A DNA stretch of 64,000 nucleotides from contig NC_086097.1 in the NCBI RefSeq assembly GCF_963921235.1, positions 240,810,001-240,874,000 of the forward strand. Reading direction: 5' to 3'. A program made the position numbers and the translations under genes. Below are positions 51,101-63,601 of this stretch, one piece after another. Below the pieces are notes generated by a model. That model had not been told where the DNA came from. It was given only the letters and a program-made list of their open reading frames with translations, and ran no database searches. The stretch is from Mobula hypostoma. Its lineage: Eukaryota. How positions within the stretch are numbered: position 1 is the first letter of the stretch; each line of letters starts with the position of its first letter.

Positions 51101-54100
51101 AATCTATGAATATTTACATAATGAATTTGCAGTTAATTACATCATTAAAATATGACCCTCTGCTCATCTGTCCAGTGCTGGGACAAGACTGTTATTAATT
51201 CCTCTATCCCCTACCGCAGCATGTCATGGCCTTCTATAATTCAGGCAAACAGATGTTCTTGGGAAAAAAAATCTAAAGTAACAGGTTCCAGTGCTATAAT
51301 GAAGCACTTTCTTCCAACTTCTGCACTCAAGCCCATCTTTTAAATCCATAACTCAAAGTTAGATAAACAAATCTTCTCAGCAACAGAACAAATTTAGACA
51401 TGTTGAAATAAAATTATTGTGCCGACTTCAATTTTGCAAAGTGAATGCACCACGGTATTCAAATCAAGCAATGGTTTCCAAGAAGGCAAGCTCGATAGCA
51501 AACCTGGCAGTATTCTAATTTCAGTGTGCTTTTAAATAATTTTATATCCAAATTTCTAAAATAGTCAAAGCTAATTACTGTACACGAGCAGGCAAAATAA
51601 GTCAAAACAGCTTCAATTCATACTAAAGCTGATAATGCGAGTGTGGTTTCAACGCAGCTGTCTCAAAAGTTATTTTAAACAAAACTAGAAGGGACAGAAT
51701 GGAGCCAGGGTGTTATATGACAGAGCATGAAAGACTAGCAATTTATATTTAGTCACATAAACATTTAAATAGTCCAATGCAGTATATAATATTCTTAGGA
51801 TTATAGCATGTAGAAGGAGCAGGAGAGAGACTTTTAAACACAACCTGCATTGTACAAAAAAAATTATATTTAGAAAGCTGAACAACAATCGCAGAAGAAA
51901 GTTCTCCAGTGATATATTTCAGTAACCTATCTGTAGGGGCAGACTGAAAGTTCACACAGAGTTGGTGTTCAACAGAATGGGCGATTTAGTATAAAAAACT
52001 GGCGCGCACCAGGAAAGCAGAGCTGAACTACCTGAGCATGAATGTGCTAAAGTTTTGGCATTCTGAGGTGACAAAATCATCAGCAAAACTACACTTTTGG
52101 AACAGAATGGTGGCGACAGGAATTAAGTAACAGACTGGATCCTGATTACAGAACAAAATGATTATTCACAGGTCTAACAGCAAATCTAATTTTCTATTAC
52201 AACATTGGGTGCACGCTGTAACACAATCAGTGAAGTTCCTGAAACTTGGGTGTCGTCACCATTGCATTCCATGTCTCTACATTAGTCTGCGGTTCCCTGT
52301 TATCACATTAACACAATCCCTATTTCTAATTCCTGGTTATTAGCCCTCACTATTTATTCCCCTACCACACTACCATATGTAGGATTTATACCCCACTTAA
52401 ATAGCAAATTTGACAAAGTTTTCACATTCGTTTTTGGACAACAACTATTATAAGAATCTTTCAATGAAGAGAGAAGGTATTTTTCAAAATGTTATCGCTG
52501 ACTTCATTCCTGCTCTCTTATTTTCCTTGGTCTGCATGCAAATCTATTCAAACATTTCAAAGTTCAAAGTAAATTTATCAAAATACATATATGTCAACCA
52601 GATATTCATTTTCTTGTGGGCATAATATACCTACCGAAGAATAACCATAAGAGAATCAATTTCTCAAAGAAATTAACTCACAAATTCCAGCTAAATAGGG
52701 AATCTTTTACCACAATGATAAATCCCCAACACTCATCAGCACAGCACTTAAATTAACCAGTGTTTAAACTACTTTGTCTGCTTAACGGAGTTCTTGCTGT
52801 ACGTGTGGACACCATGACCGTGATTTAGATCTGACGTATTCAAGTCAGTGCTGTGTAAAACATGACCTCTTAATTGTGCATTTGTTCGGGACTGTTGACA
52901 GTTCTCTCACTCCATATACAGATTCCATGTCTAGAGGAATATTTTTTTCATTCAAGCAATATTCCTCCTGCTTAGATGCTTCCTTCCATTGAGTTCAAAA
53001 ACATTTTGAAAGCATGTCACAAGCTATAAACTTTTACATGATACTGTAGTTATTTGCTGAACCATTTTGAAAAGCCATGCACCAAGGACCCTTATAGATC
53101 TCAAAATACGAAAGGCCAAACATTCTGAAGGCTTAATTCTTTCCCCCCCAAAAGAATTACCATGATAAACTGTCAGCCAATCGGTTCTATTCTATGCAGG
53201 CTCAGCTGTTAATTCCAACTGTTCTGACTGTAATCTCCCACACATTGCACCATATTCTTTTAATTAAAATCAATTTTGACTATAGATTTGGATCAAAAAT
53301 TGGCAGCAACATTCCTGGGTTATCTTTATTCAGAACATTTAAAAATTGTAACTGCTCTTTATATTAATCAAAAAAAAGGCCTCTATCAAAATCCAAATGA
53401 TGATGCTTGTTCCTAAAGGGGCTCTATATAATTTCAATTAAAAAGAAAGAGCGCTTATTTCAGTCATGTCTTTCCTTTCAAATGAACAATTACAATAATT
53501 CAATGCAGAGGACTTCAACCTTTATGACTTGTCTTAAAGCATTTTTCAGAAATACTTAAGAGTATAAGTTACCATGGGGCGTCACAGTAGTGTAGGGGTT
53601 AGCGCGACCCATTACAGCCCGGGGCATTGGAGTTCAAAGTTCAATTCCAATGTCAGCCATAAAGAATTTCTATGTCCTCCCTGTGGAATGCGTGGGTTTT
53701 CCATGAGTCCTCCGATTTCCTCTATAAATTGTCCCGTGATTAGATTAGGGTCAAATTGGGGGTTACTGGGCACAGCCTGAAGGGCCAGAATACACAATAC
53801 ACAAGTATAGTTGTTAGTTTTGGGCAACAAACTTAAATTCATATATTGAAATACAGCACAGAACAGGCTTTTCCAGCTCTTCTTGTCACGCTGGCCAGCA
53901 ACTCCCAATTTAAGACTAGCCTAATCACAGACCAATTAACCTACCAGCTGGCAAGTCCTTGAACTGTGGGAAGAAACTGGAGCATCCGAAGGAAACCCAC
54001 GCAGACATGGGGGATAGCCTAAGAACTCTTTACGGGCAACGGCAGGAATTGAACCCTGGTCACCTACAGTGTAAAGCGTTGTACTAACCACTAAACTACT

Positions 54101-55809
54101 GGGCCATGAGGTGACATGAAATGAGCTGCAAAGAAAATTGGAGTAACTTTACCAGGTTAATATGCAGGACTTAGAGGAAACATCTTTTTTTAATGCACAA
54201 TATAATTTCTTATGTGGACTTGCTCTGCTAAACAAAATATTTATACACAATTTTATCTAGCCACTTGTTTGAAAATAAACAAAACAATACTTTCATGAAG
54301 TGCAAGCACATTCTAAAAATTAAATAAAATTCATTGCAAGTCGTCACAACCAAAATTATTACAAGCTATAGTCTGATAGATTTTTGTTTTTTTTCTTTAT
54401 TATTAACTTATAATTCTTCTGTCACTAATATATTTTGTCTATATATTCCTTTGAACGAAAAGTCTTCAACATATCAGATTGGCAGCCATAATAAATACTC
54501 AGCTTCGCATCGACCCACACCGAGTGATATTTGTAGGACCAGTCTAAACCGAGAAGCGTTTTCAGTTATTCCTCTCAGCAAATACTTTTCGCGCTTCACA
54601 TATGATTTCCTAAGGCAACTGACAGTACATCATCAGAAACCAAAATTATCACCCTGGGACATAGTTAATGAAGACAGAGAGTTTTCAGACCAGAAACAGA
54701 ATGTGATGGATTCATTATCAAAAATAACACTCTGCTCATTTACTTAATGGTTTCTTACCTCGCACAAATTGGAATTGTTTTTATTTTATTGACATACAGC
54801 ATAGAGTAGGTCCAGCAATCAGCCAATTTAATCCTAGCCTAATCTTGGGACAATTTACAATGACCAATTACCCTATCAGCCGGTAGGTCTTTGAACGGTG
54901 GGGGGAAACCCAGATGGCCACGGACAGAACGTACAAACTCCTTACAGGCAGAGGCAGGAATTGAACCCGAGTCGCTGGTACCGTAAAGCGTTATGCTAAC
55001 TGTGGTTCCATACTGCCCCAACTAGCAGTACAGTAATGCAATTATAAACTTGTAAGTTTACACAAGGGAGTGATGGGTGCTTGGAACATCCTGCCAGGGA
55101 TGGCAGTACAGGCAGATAGATTAGGGGCATTTAAAAAACTCTTAGATAGTCAGATGGATGACAGAAAAATAGAGGGCTATGTAGGAGGGAAGGGTTAGAT
55201 TGATCTTAGAACAAGACAAAATGTTGGCTGTACTACGCTGCAGTGTTCTGTGCTCGAGCTCTAACATACAGTAGTTGTTATCAGAATTTAATTGCCATGT
55301 AAACTGAGCTGGCCTCCATCTCATTCTTTGTTGGAGCTTTATTTCTGGTGTAATACATTCATTACATCAAGAATGTTCCCACCCACCTGGATCTGAGGAG
55401 AAAAAGAACCAAAATTTTACAACAGAAATCAAATAAGGCCTCTTGAGATTCACTTCCAATTAATGTGTCAGGAATACATTTCATGTCATGGTCTGCTCCT
55501 GAGGAAAACAAAGCTAAAATAAGTGACGCATAAGCTGCAATTAAATTTATTTATTTTATTAAGATACAGTGCAGAATAGGCTCTTCTAGCACTTCAAGCC
55601 ACGCTGCCCAGTAGTCCCCTGAGTTAACCGTAGCCTAATCATGGGACAATTTACAATCACCAATTCACCACCAACCTGTATGTCTTTGAACAGTGGGAGG
55701 AAAGCAGTCACGGGGATCGACACAGTGAGTGTGATGTCAGCAGGGGAAGTTGTTTAACTGAAAATAAAGTGTCCAGTGAGATCAACTAAAGAGAATGTAT
55801 AAAGAGGAT

Positions 55810-56165
55810 AGAGGTGTACAAGATGATGAGAGGCTTTGATCATGTGGATAGTCAGAAGCCTTTTCCCAGGGCTGAAATGGCTGCCACAAGAGGACACAGG
55901 TTTAAGGTGCTTGGGAGTAGGCACAGAGGAGATGTCAGGGGTAAGTTTTTCACTCAGAGAGTGGTGAGTGCGTGGAGTGGGCTGCCAGCATCGGTGATGG
56001 AGGTGGATACGATAGGGCCTTTTAAGAGACTTTTGGATAGGTACACGGAGCTCAGTAAAATAGAGGGCTATAGGTAAGCCTAGTAATTTCTAAGGTAGGG
56101 ATATGTTCGACACAACTCTGTGGGCTGAAGGGCCTGTACTGTGCTGTAGGTTTTTTATGTTTCTA
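55810..56165 (+). mobile_element. CR1 LINE 3' fragment
   Basis: ORF 55814-56077: TRGHRFKVLG.R.RGDVRGKFFTQRVVSAW.GLP. Confidence 0.9.
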
Positions 56166-56869
56166 ATGTCACAGCTGTAATAATCGAAGCAACTGGTTGC
56201 CACCGATGAAGGATTTTGGCCCAAATGTTCCTTCCCATCGATGCTGTCCGACTTGCTGAGCTCCCCCAGCAATGTGTGTCTTGCTCTGGATTTCCAGCAT
56301 CTGCAGGATCTCTGGTGTGTACAAGTTGCTACTGAAATGGGATTGACATCATTTTCAATGTGGTTTTCCACATATGAATGTCAATTATTACAACTACTCA
56401 ACGGTACACCTATTTTTCACGGGACTAGCAAAGCAAGTTGTGACTCCTTGTTAAATCATATTTTATGTATTACTTAATTACCTGTGCTGCCCAATTACAA
56501 CTTACTTTTATTGTTTGCACAATTTGTTTTTTTCTCTCTCTCTCTGCATATTTGGTGTTTGACATTTTTCTTTTGTTTAATGGGTTCTTTTGGATTTCTT
56601 TGCTTTGTGGCTGCCTGTAAAGGTTGAATAATGCATACATACTTAGATATTAAATGTACTTTGAACTTTTAAAATGCATGTCTTTGGACTGAGGTAGGGT
56701 ACTGGAGCACCCAGAGAAAAACATGTGGTCACGAGGAGAACGTACAAACTCCTTACAGATAGCAGCAGGAATTGAATCTGTGTCGCTGGTGCCATAAAAG
56801 CTCTATACTGACCACTACGCTACAATGTCGCCCAACGGTTATTATATCCAGAATGATCATAGATGGTGG

Positions 56870-57660
56870 AAAATACTAACTGAGGATCAGAGGTGGAAAG
56901 GGTCACTAACTTTAAATTCCTCAGCGTTATCATTTTGAACAATCAGTCTTGGGACCAGCATGCTAGGGCCATGGCAAAGATTTATCTCTATTTTCTTAAA
57001 AGTTTGCCAAGATTTTGAATGTCATTCTAAAACTTTGGACAGTGGAGAAGATGCTGACTGGTTGCATCATGGCCTGGTATGGAAACACCATTGCCCTTGA
57101 ATGGGAAATCCTACAAAAGGTAGTAGGCACGGCCCAGTCCATCACAGATAAAGCCATCACCAGTCTTGAGCACAACCACAAGAAGCACTGTCACAAGAAA
57201 GCAGCATTCATCATCAAGAACCCCACCAACCAGGTCATGCTTTCTTCTTACTGATACCATCAGGAAGGTGGGACAGGAGCTTCTGGACCAACACCACCAG
57301 GTTCGGGACCAGTTATTACCCTTCAACTTTCAGGCTCTTGAACCAGAGGGGAAAACTTCACTTATCCCAATACTGAGGTTCGAACTCATTCCACAACATA
57401 TAAACGCATTTTCAAGACTCTGCAACTCCTGTCGTTCTCATAATTTATTTATCTATTTTGGATTTTTTTGTTCCTTTTTGTATTTACGTAATGTGCTGTC
57501 TTATGCACATCGGTTGTTCGTTTGTCATTTTTTCCCCCATTGATTCCATAGTATTTCTTTGTATTAATTGTGAGTAACTGCAAGTAACTGAATCTCAGGA
57601 TTGTATATGGTGACATCTATGTACTTTGACAATAACTTTACTTTGAACTTTGAACTGTGT
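56870..57660 (+). mobile_element. Rex1/Babar-like LINE 3' fragment
   Basis: FKFL; LTGCIMAWYGN; LQKVVGTAQSIT; tail tttgaactttga. Confidence 0.82.
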
Positions 57661-59476
57661 CAGCTCTGCTTCAATATAATTCAGAATGACTTGGATTTTC
57701 CTCATCAGCCTCACAAAGATCTTGCAATGTTCGTGACATCAATATCACCTGTCCCAACATCAAGTATCAGCCAGCCGTGCCTTCAAGCAGGCCAAGTAAC
57801 TCCTTATATGAAGAATTTGAAGACACCAACCCTCACAGGAGTGCCAATTCACATTTAGTCAGTCCTATTTATCTTTTACTTAGAAATATAGTGCGGTATA
57901 GTGTCTTCTGCACAACGAGCCGCGCGGCCCAGCAACCCATCTATTAAACCCAGCCCAATCCCAAGACAATTTAAAATGACCAATTGGTCTTTCCTTAAAT
58001 GGGTTCTTTCGGGTTTCTTGTTTCGCGGACTAAAAGGAGACACATCTCAAGGTTGTCTAATTTATACATACTTCGATAATAAATATACTTTGAACCTAGA
58101 TCCTACTAACCACACAACTCTGGACTGTGGGAGGAACCGCTAGTATGTTACCGTGGCGTCTCTTCTGCATTAACTCTACATATATCAAATAAATATGGTA
58201 CTGTATACGTACAAAGAAAGATTAGCTTTATTTGTTACATGTACATCAAAACACAGAATGAAATGCATCGCTTTACCTCACACTTGCAGTCCCAACATAC
58301 CATGCCCACAACTCCGTAACCCATTCATCTTTAGGAAAGAGGGCACCCCGAGGAATCCCACGCAGTACGAACTCCTTACAGTGGTGGAATATGAATCACT
58401 GGCGTTGTAAAGTGTTACACTAAGCTCTGTCTACTGTGCCATTTAATTAAAGTATCATGAACAAACTTTATTACTAAATATTCTGGAAAATTGAGGTAAT
58501 AATAAGCCATGCATGTATTTTTTTGGGACTTCAAGAGGCTAATTATGGCTTACTGCATTATTTATACTTCATGCAACAGAAAATTAAATTTTCGGGGCTC
58601 TTACGATAAGAATAGCTAGCAACTAAAATGCTTAATGTACCCGACAGCCTGTTGATACCTACCACAGTCACAGAAGTTCACTGCAATGCTGTGCTCACTC
58701 GAGATCAACAGAGTAAACAAAACTTCAAAAGTGTGCCTATAGTTCACAAAGATGAAGTCCAGAAGTTATTATCTGAGTTCTTCAAGGATTTGCCAGTGCT
58801 GATCTTCTCTCGGAAATTTCTAAGGATGGACTGTGGAGAGTATTCTCACTACTTGCATCACCGCCCAGAATGGAAGGACCACTGCACAAGAGGGGAACAA
58901 GCTGCAGAGAGATGTAAACTCAGCCCACTCCATCGTGGACACTACCCTCCCCACCACCAGACATCTTCAAAAGGCGATGCTTCAAGGCGGCTGCAATCAC
59001 CATGAAGCACGTTCACAAACCCTGACATGCCCTCTTCTCATTAGAGAGGAGTTATAGGAGCCTGAAGATATAGGCTCAATGTTTTAGAAACTGCTTCGTC
59101 CCCTCTGCCATCAGATTTCCAAATGGACAGTTAACACATGAACACTACCTCCATGAACAATCCAGTAAACAAACACGTGGAGCTCGATCCTATTTATGAG
59201 CTAATGCGAGCAAAATTCCAGACCACAACACACAAAGTTCGCCACACAACCAGAGTCAAGATTTCCTCCCCACATCACCACTAAGTTTCCGAAATGGCAA
59301 CCAGTCAGCTGATTATTAAATATATAAAGGCTATGCATTTGGAGGACACACAACAATCAACAGCACACTGATGGTATCTCCTCACACGGTGATGAAACTT
59401 TTGCAGGTAAATTACACAGATCAGAGATCAACCCATCCATCTACTACTTTCGCTCTCTGTTTGCACCGCTTCTTTA

Positions 59477-60065
59477 TAACCATATAACAATTACAGCACG
59501 GAAACAGGCCATCTCGGCCCTTCTAGTCCGTGCGGAACTCTTACTCTCACCTAGCCCCACCAAACTGCACTCAGCCCATAACCCTCCATTCCTTTCCTGT
59601 CCATATAGCTGTCCAATTTAGCTTTAAGTGACAACATCGAACCTGCCTCTACCACTTCTGCTGGAAGCTCGTTCCACACAGCTACCACTCTCTGAGTAAA
59701 GAAGTTTCCCCTCATGTTACCCCTAAACTTTTGCCCTTTAACTCTCAACTCATCCTCTTGTTTGAATCTCCCCCACTCTCAATGGAAAAAGCCCATCCAC
59801 ATCAACTCTATCTATCCCCCTCATAATTTTAAATACCTCTAACAAGTCCCCCCCCCACCGCAACCTTCTACGTTTAAAAGAATAAAGACCCAACTTGTTC
59901 AACCTTTCTCTGTAACTTAGGTGATGAAACCCAGGTGACATTTTAGTAAATCTCTATACTTGCTCTATTTTGTTGACATCTTTCCTATAATTCAGTGACC
60001 AGAACTGCACACAATACTCCAAATTTGGCCTCACCAATGCCTCGCACAATTTCAACATTACATCC
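59477..60065 (-). mobile_element. CR1 LINE 3' fragment, the target of the Gypsy insertion
   Basis: RGNMRGNFFTQRVVAVWNELP; YRERLNKLGLYS; CR1 similarity stops abruptly at the LTR start. Confidence 0.9.
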
Positions 60066-61000
60066 TGCGACGAGAATACACATAGATGTTAGCTGTCCTG
60101 TGAGATCAGCAGTTGGTCTGCCACCTGTCCTCAGGGGAAGGAGAGATAAGGAACAATGAAGCAGCATCTGGAGATGTGTAATGAAGGGACGGGAGAGAGA
60201 GCTGTCTGGAGCGGCTCCCCCTTTGAACCCTGAACTGTTTGAAGTGGTGGACAGGCGATCTGGAGATTTGTAATGAAGGGACGGGAGAGAGAGCTGTCTG
60301 GAGCGGCTCTTCCTTTGAACCCTGAACTGTTTGAAGTGATGGACAGGCGATACCCCAGCAGGAGGATAAAAAGGGACAGGTTCGCTAAGGCAGACACACA
60401 CGACACCCGAGGTAAGGAGACCCTGGAAGCGGTGCGCCTCTCACGAGTTGGTGGGAAGTACTGGACCTTAAACGCACAGGGTGGAAAGGTACGATCAGCG
60501 GGAACCCAGTGTGTGTCCGCCCTTGCTTGGGTGCCGGGTTCACTGCAGAGGATCGACCGCATCTGGAGGAGGGGTCACAGTCGGTGACCTCAAGTGACAT
60601 CACAAAGGACCTGCCCGAAAGCTGCTTGTGAGCAATATCGCCGGTCTGTGAGTGGAAGCCGTTTCTGAATGATCAGTCGTTCTCGTTCTCTCTCTCCGTC
60701 CCCCCACAAAGTTGTCCATCGCCATGGCAACGATTACTGCGAACTGAACTAAATCGAACTGGACTTTTGTGTCACTTTGAAATTGGTCATTTACCCCTAG
60801 ACAACGATAGAGCTTGATTGATGCTGTTATCTTAATTCTGTGCACGTGTGTTTATCATTGCTGAACTGTTGCATTTATTATCCTTTCGATTACTGTGTTG
60901 CTTGTTTCTTTAATAAAACTTTCTTCGTTCTAGTAATCCAGACTCCAACTGAGTGATCCATTTCTGCTGGTTTGGCAACCCAGTTACGGGGTACGTAACA
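60066..61000 (+). mobile_element. 5' LTR (935 bp) of a Gypsy/Gmr1-like retrotransposon
   Basis: TG...CA ends (tgcgacg / cgtaaca, imperfect inverted repeat); begins where the CR1 is cut; TATA-like ggataaaa at 60364; AATAAA at 60912-60917; PBS 4 nt downstream. Confidence 0.9.
60166..60349 (+). repeat. 92-bp tandem duplication within LTR U3
   Basis: atctggagat.tgtaatgaagggacggg...ggacaggcg begins at 60166 and again at 60258; near identical. Confidence 0.93.
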
Positions 61001-61004
61001 TAAG

Positions 61005-61022
61005 TGGGGGTTCGTCCGGGAT
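61005..61022 (+). promoter_or_regulatory. Primer-binding site complementary to tRNA-Pro
   Basis: TGGGGGTTCGTCCGGGAT versus the canonical PBS-Pro TGGGGGCTCGTCCGGGAT (17/18). Confidence 0.9.
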
Positions 61023-61098
61023 TTTGAACGCTAAATTTGGGACGGAGTAAATTGATTGGGTTAAAATTCCCGAAAGAAAGAAAAGACAAACAGCAGAA

Positions 61099-63600
61099 AT
61101 GGAGGCTGAGGAATTTATAAAGGCGCTGACCTTGGAGGCATTAGAGGGTGCCAAGAAATCGGAATTGGTAGCTGTGGCCAAACGGTTGAATCTTGCTAAG
61201 GGGAAGTCGACAATGAGGAGAGAGGAGATACACAGAGCTATCATAGAACACTATGTATCTAAAGGTGTGTTTCCCCAAGGCGAGCTGGGGGTGGTGTCTA
61301 TTGAAAAACCTGCTGGAGACGCGGTACAGGTGCAGCTCGAAAAACTGAGACTCGAGCACGAGTTCCGGGTACGGCAGTTGGAGCGAGAAGAGAAGGAGAG
61401 GGACAGACAGTTACAGCGAGAAGAGCAGGAGAGAGAGTTAGAAAGGCAGGAGAGAGAGTTAGAGAGGCAAGAGAGAGAGAAAGAGTTAGAAAGGCAAGAG
61501 AGAGAGAGGGAGAGACAGTTGGAGAGAGAGGAGAAAGAGAGGCAATGGGAGCGAGAAGAGAGAGAGAAACAGAGGGAAAGGGAATTTGAGCTGGAGAAGT
61601 TAAAGATAAGGGCAGAGCAGGGGCTCGTGCCGAACCAAGGTGGAGGGTTCTGGGCGACTCAGGAGGTTAGGCTGGTTCCCCCATTTGACGATACCGACGT
61701 GGATCGGTACTTCCTCCATTTCGAAAAAGTGGCTATAAGTCAGGACTGGCCGAGGGATAAGTGGGCTGTGTTACTTCAGAGTGTACTGAAAGGGAAAGCC
61801 CAAGAAGCTTACTCCGCTTTGTCCGCGGAAGATGCCCAGAGGTATGAGGTGGTGAAAGAGGCCATCCTCAGGATTTATGAGTTGGTCCCGGAGGCATACC
61901 GGCAGAGGTTCCGGAATGCGAGGAAGCAGTGGGACCGCACGTATTTGGAGTTTGCCCGTGAGATGCAGACATATTGTGAGCGTTGGTGCGCCTCAAAGGG
62001 GGTAGAGAGGGATTATGACCGACTGCTACAGCTGATCCTGATTGAGCAGTTTAAAGGTTGTGTCCCTGAGGGTATGAGACCACACCTTGATGAGAAAGAG
62101 GCAGCCACGTTAGCCGCAACTGCTAAGTTAGCAAATGAGTATGCGTTGACGCATAAAATGAAGTTTGCCCCGAGTAAAGGCTACCAGAAGGGTAATCAGG
62201 ACGGCGGGGAGAGTCCGCCGGAAAAGTCAGAAAGTAAGCCAGGGACTAGTGAAAAGGATAAGGTAGACCAGGAGCAGTCTGGTAGGAAGTCCCCTGGGGT
62301 CCTCTGTTATAATTGTGGGAAAGCTGGACACTTTGCGTCCAGGTGCTATGCCCCAAAGGAGGAGACGGGAAAAGGAAAAACGGCGATTTTGACTGGCTGT
62401 ATCGAGCTGTTAAGCGAACCGCTAGGGAAGGACAGGTCTGCCAAAGTTCAGGAAGGGCGCAAGAGGTTTATCTCGGCCGGATTGGTGTCAGTGAAGGAGG
62501 GGTTAAAACCAGTTCCAGTGCGGATCTGGAGAGACACGGGAGCGTGTCAGTCACTAATACTGAAGAGTGTATTAGAGTTTAGCTCAGAGACCCAGACTGG
62601 GGAGGTAAAGGTCAAAGGTATTGGGGAAGGGACAGAGTCAGTCCCTTTGCACCAGATACACTTACAAAGCAACCTGGTCTCTGAACTAGTCACGATCGGG
62701 GTAAGGTCTGAATTACCGATGAAAGGCGTGGAAGTCTTGCTCGGTAATGACATCGCCGGGGGAATCGTGTTCCCAGTCGTGAGATTGACAGGTCAGCCTG
62801 CCAGCATTGAGGTCCCACCCATGGACTCACAGGTTCATCACGGGACTGCGGTAGTAAATTCAGCTGAGACGTTTCTGCCAGTCTTGTACGAGACGGGGGT
62901 AGAAAATGAAAAGGAGTGTAGTGAGACAAGAGGTAGTGAGGGAGCTGGGACAGACGTAGCACTAGCCAGGAAAGAATTTGTGCAGACGCAGGAGCGAGAC
63001 GAGGGGCTGATGGTTTTGGCAGAGACAGCTCTCTCTGACACAGCTTTAACAAGGGAACTAGTAGGCTATTGTGTGGAGGAGGAAGTGCTAAGGAAAAAAG
63101 GGAAATTAAGTACAGTACCTGTAGATGAGGAGTGGGGGGTGGTGCAAAAGAGTTATGGGGATGAGGTTTTTAACATGGCCCACGAGGTACCCCCCGGTGG
63201 ACATTTTGCGGTGCTGGAGGAAACAGTTGGTGGAATCATGAAAGAGATTTACCGGCTGCCCAGGGGGAAGAATGTTATTGATCATGACCGACGCGAACTG
63301 AGACGGTCACAGGCTTTTGATATGCTAACAAACCGAGTCGGTGTTAGCGTGGAAATCAATGAAGCTAGGGGCCCCCTGATAATAGAAAAAAAACATTTTG
63401 AAAAGATTAGTATGGGATCGATCAGATGGGAGAAGGCTATTGTTTTGGCCAGATCTACTGATAAGGCCTCTCCCTTAATCCCTGAACAAAGCGACTCTTC
63501 AGGAGTAATTAAACGACTCGCACCCACACGGGTTGATTGTCCCGAGGCGATGCAAAGAACTGGGACGTTGGGTGATGTCTGTAACAATAGGCCAGCCTAG
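61099..63600 (+). CDS. gag: Gag-protease polyprotein of a Gmr1-like Gypsy element with a degenerate integrase remnant (833 aa)
   Basis: E/R coiled coil; capsid/SCAN-like region LVPPF...FEKVA...W...L.GKAQEAY...ELVPEAYRQRFR (from 61672); CCHC knuckle CYNCGKAGHFASRC (62305-62346); protease RDTGA (62533) and LLGND; integrase zinc-finger start AHEVPPGGH (63178-63204). Confidence 0.92.
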   Translation: MEAEEFIKALTLEALEGAKKSELVAVAKRLNLAKGKSTMRREEIHRAIIEHYVSKGVFPQGELGVVSIEKPAGDAVQVQLEKLRLEHEFRVRQLEREEKERDRQLQREEQERELERQERELERQEREKELERQERERERQLEREEKERQWEREEREKQREREFELEKLKIRAEQGLVPNQGGGFWATQEVRLVPPFDDTDVDRYFLHFEKVAISQDWPRDKWAVLLQSVLKGKAQEAYSALSAEDAQRYEVVKEAILRIYELVPEAYRQRFRNARKQWDRTYLEFAREMQTYCERWCASKGVERDYDRLLQLILIEQFKGCVPEGMRPHLDEKEAATLAATAKLANEYALTHKMKFAPSKGYQKGNQDGGESPPEKSESKPGTSEKDKVDQEQSGRKSPGVLCYNCGKAGHFASRCYAPKEETGKGKTAILTGCIELLSEPLGKDRSAKVQEGRKRFISAGLVSVKEGLKPVPVRIWRDTGACQSLILKSVLEFSSETQTGEVKVKGIGEGTESVPLHQIHLQSNLVSELVTIGVRSELPMKGVEVLLGNDIAGGIVFPVVRLTGQPASIEVPPMDSQVHHGTAVVNSAETFLPVLYETGVENEKECSETRGSEGAGTDVALARKEFVQTQERDEGLMVLAETALSDTALTRELVGYCVEEEVLRKKGKLSTVPVDEEWGVVQKSYGDEVFNMAHEVPPGGHFAVLEETVGGIMKEIYRLPRGKNVIDHDRRELRRSQAFDMLTNRVGVSVEINEARGPLIIEKKHFEKISMGSIRWEKAIVLARSTDKASPLIPEQSDSSGVIKRLAPTRVDCPEAMQRTGTLGDVCNNRPA

Positions 63601-63601
63601 T

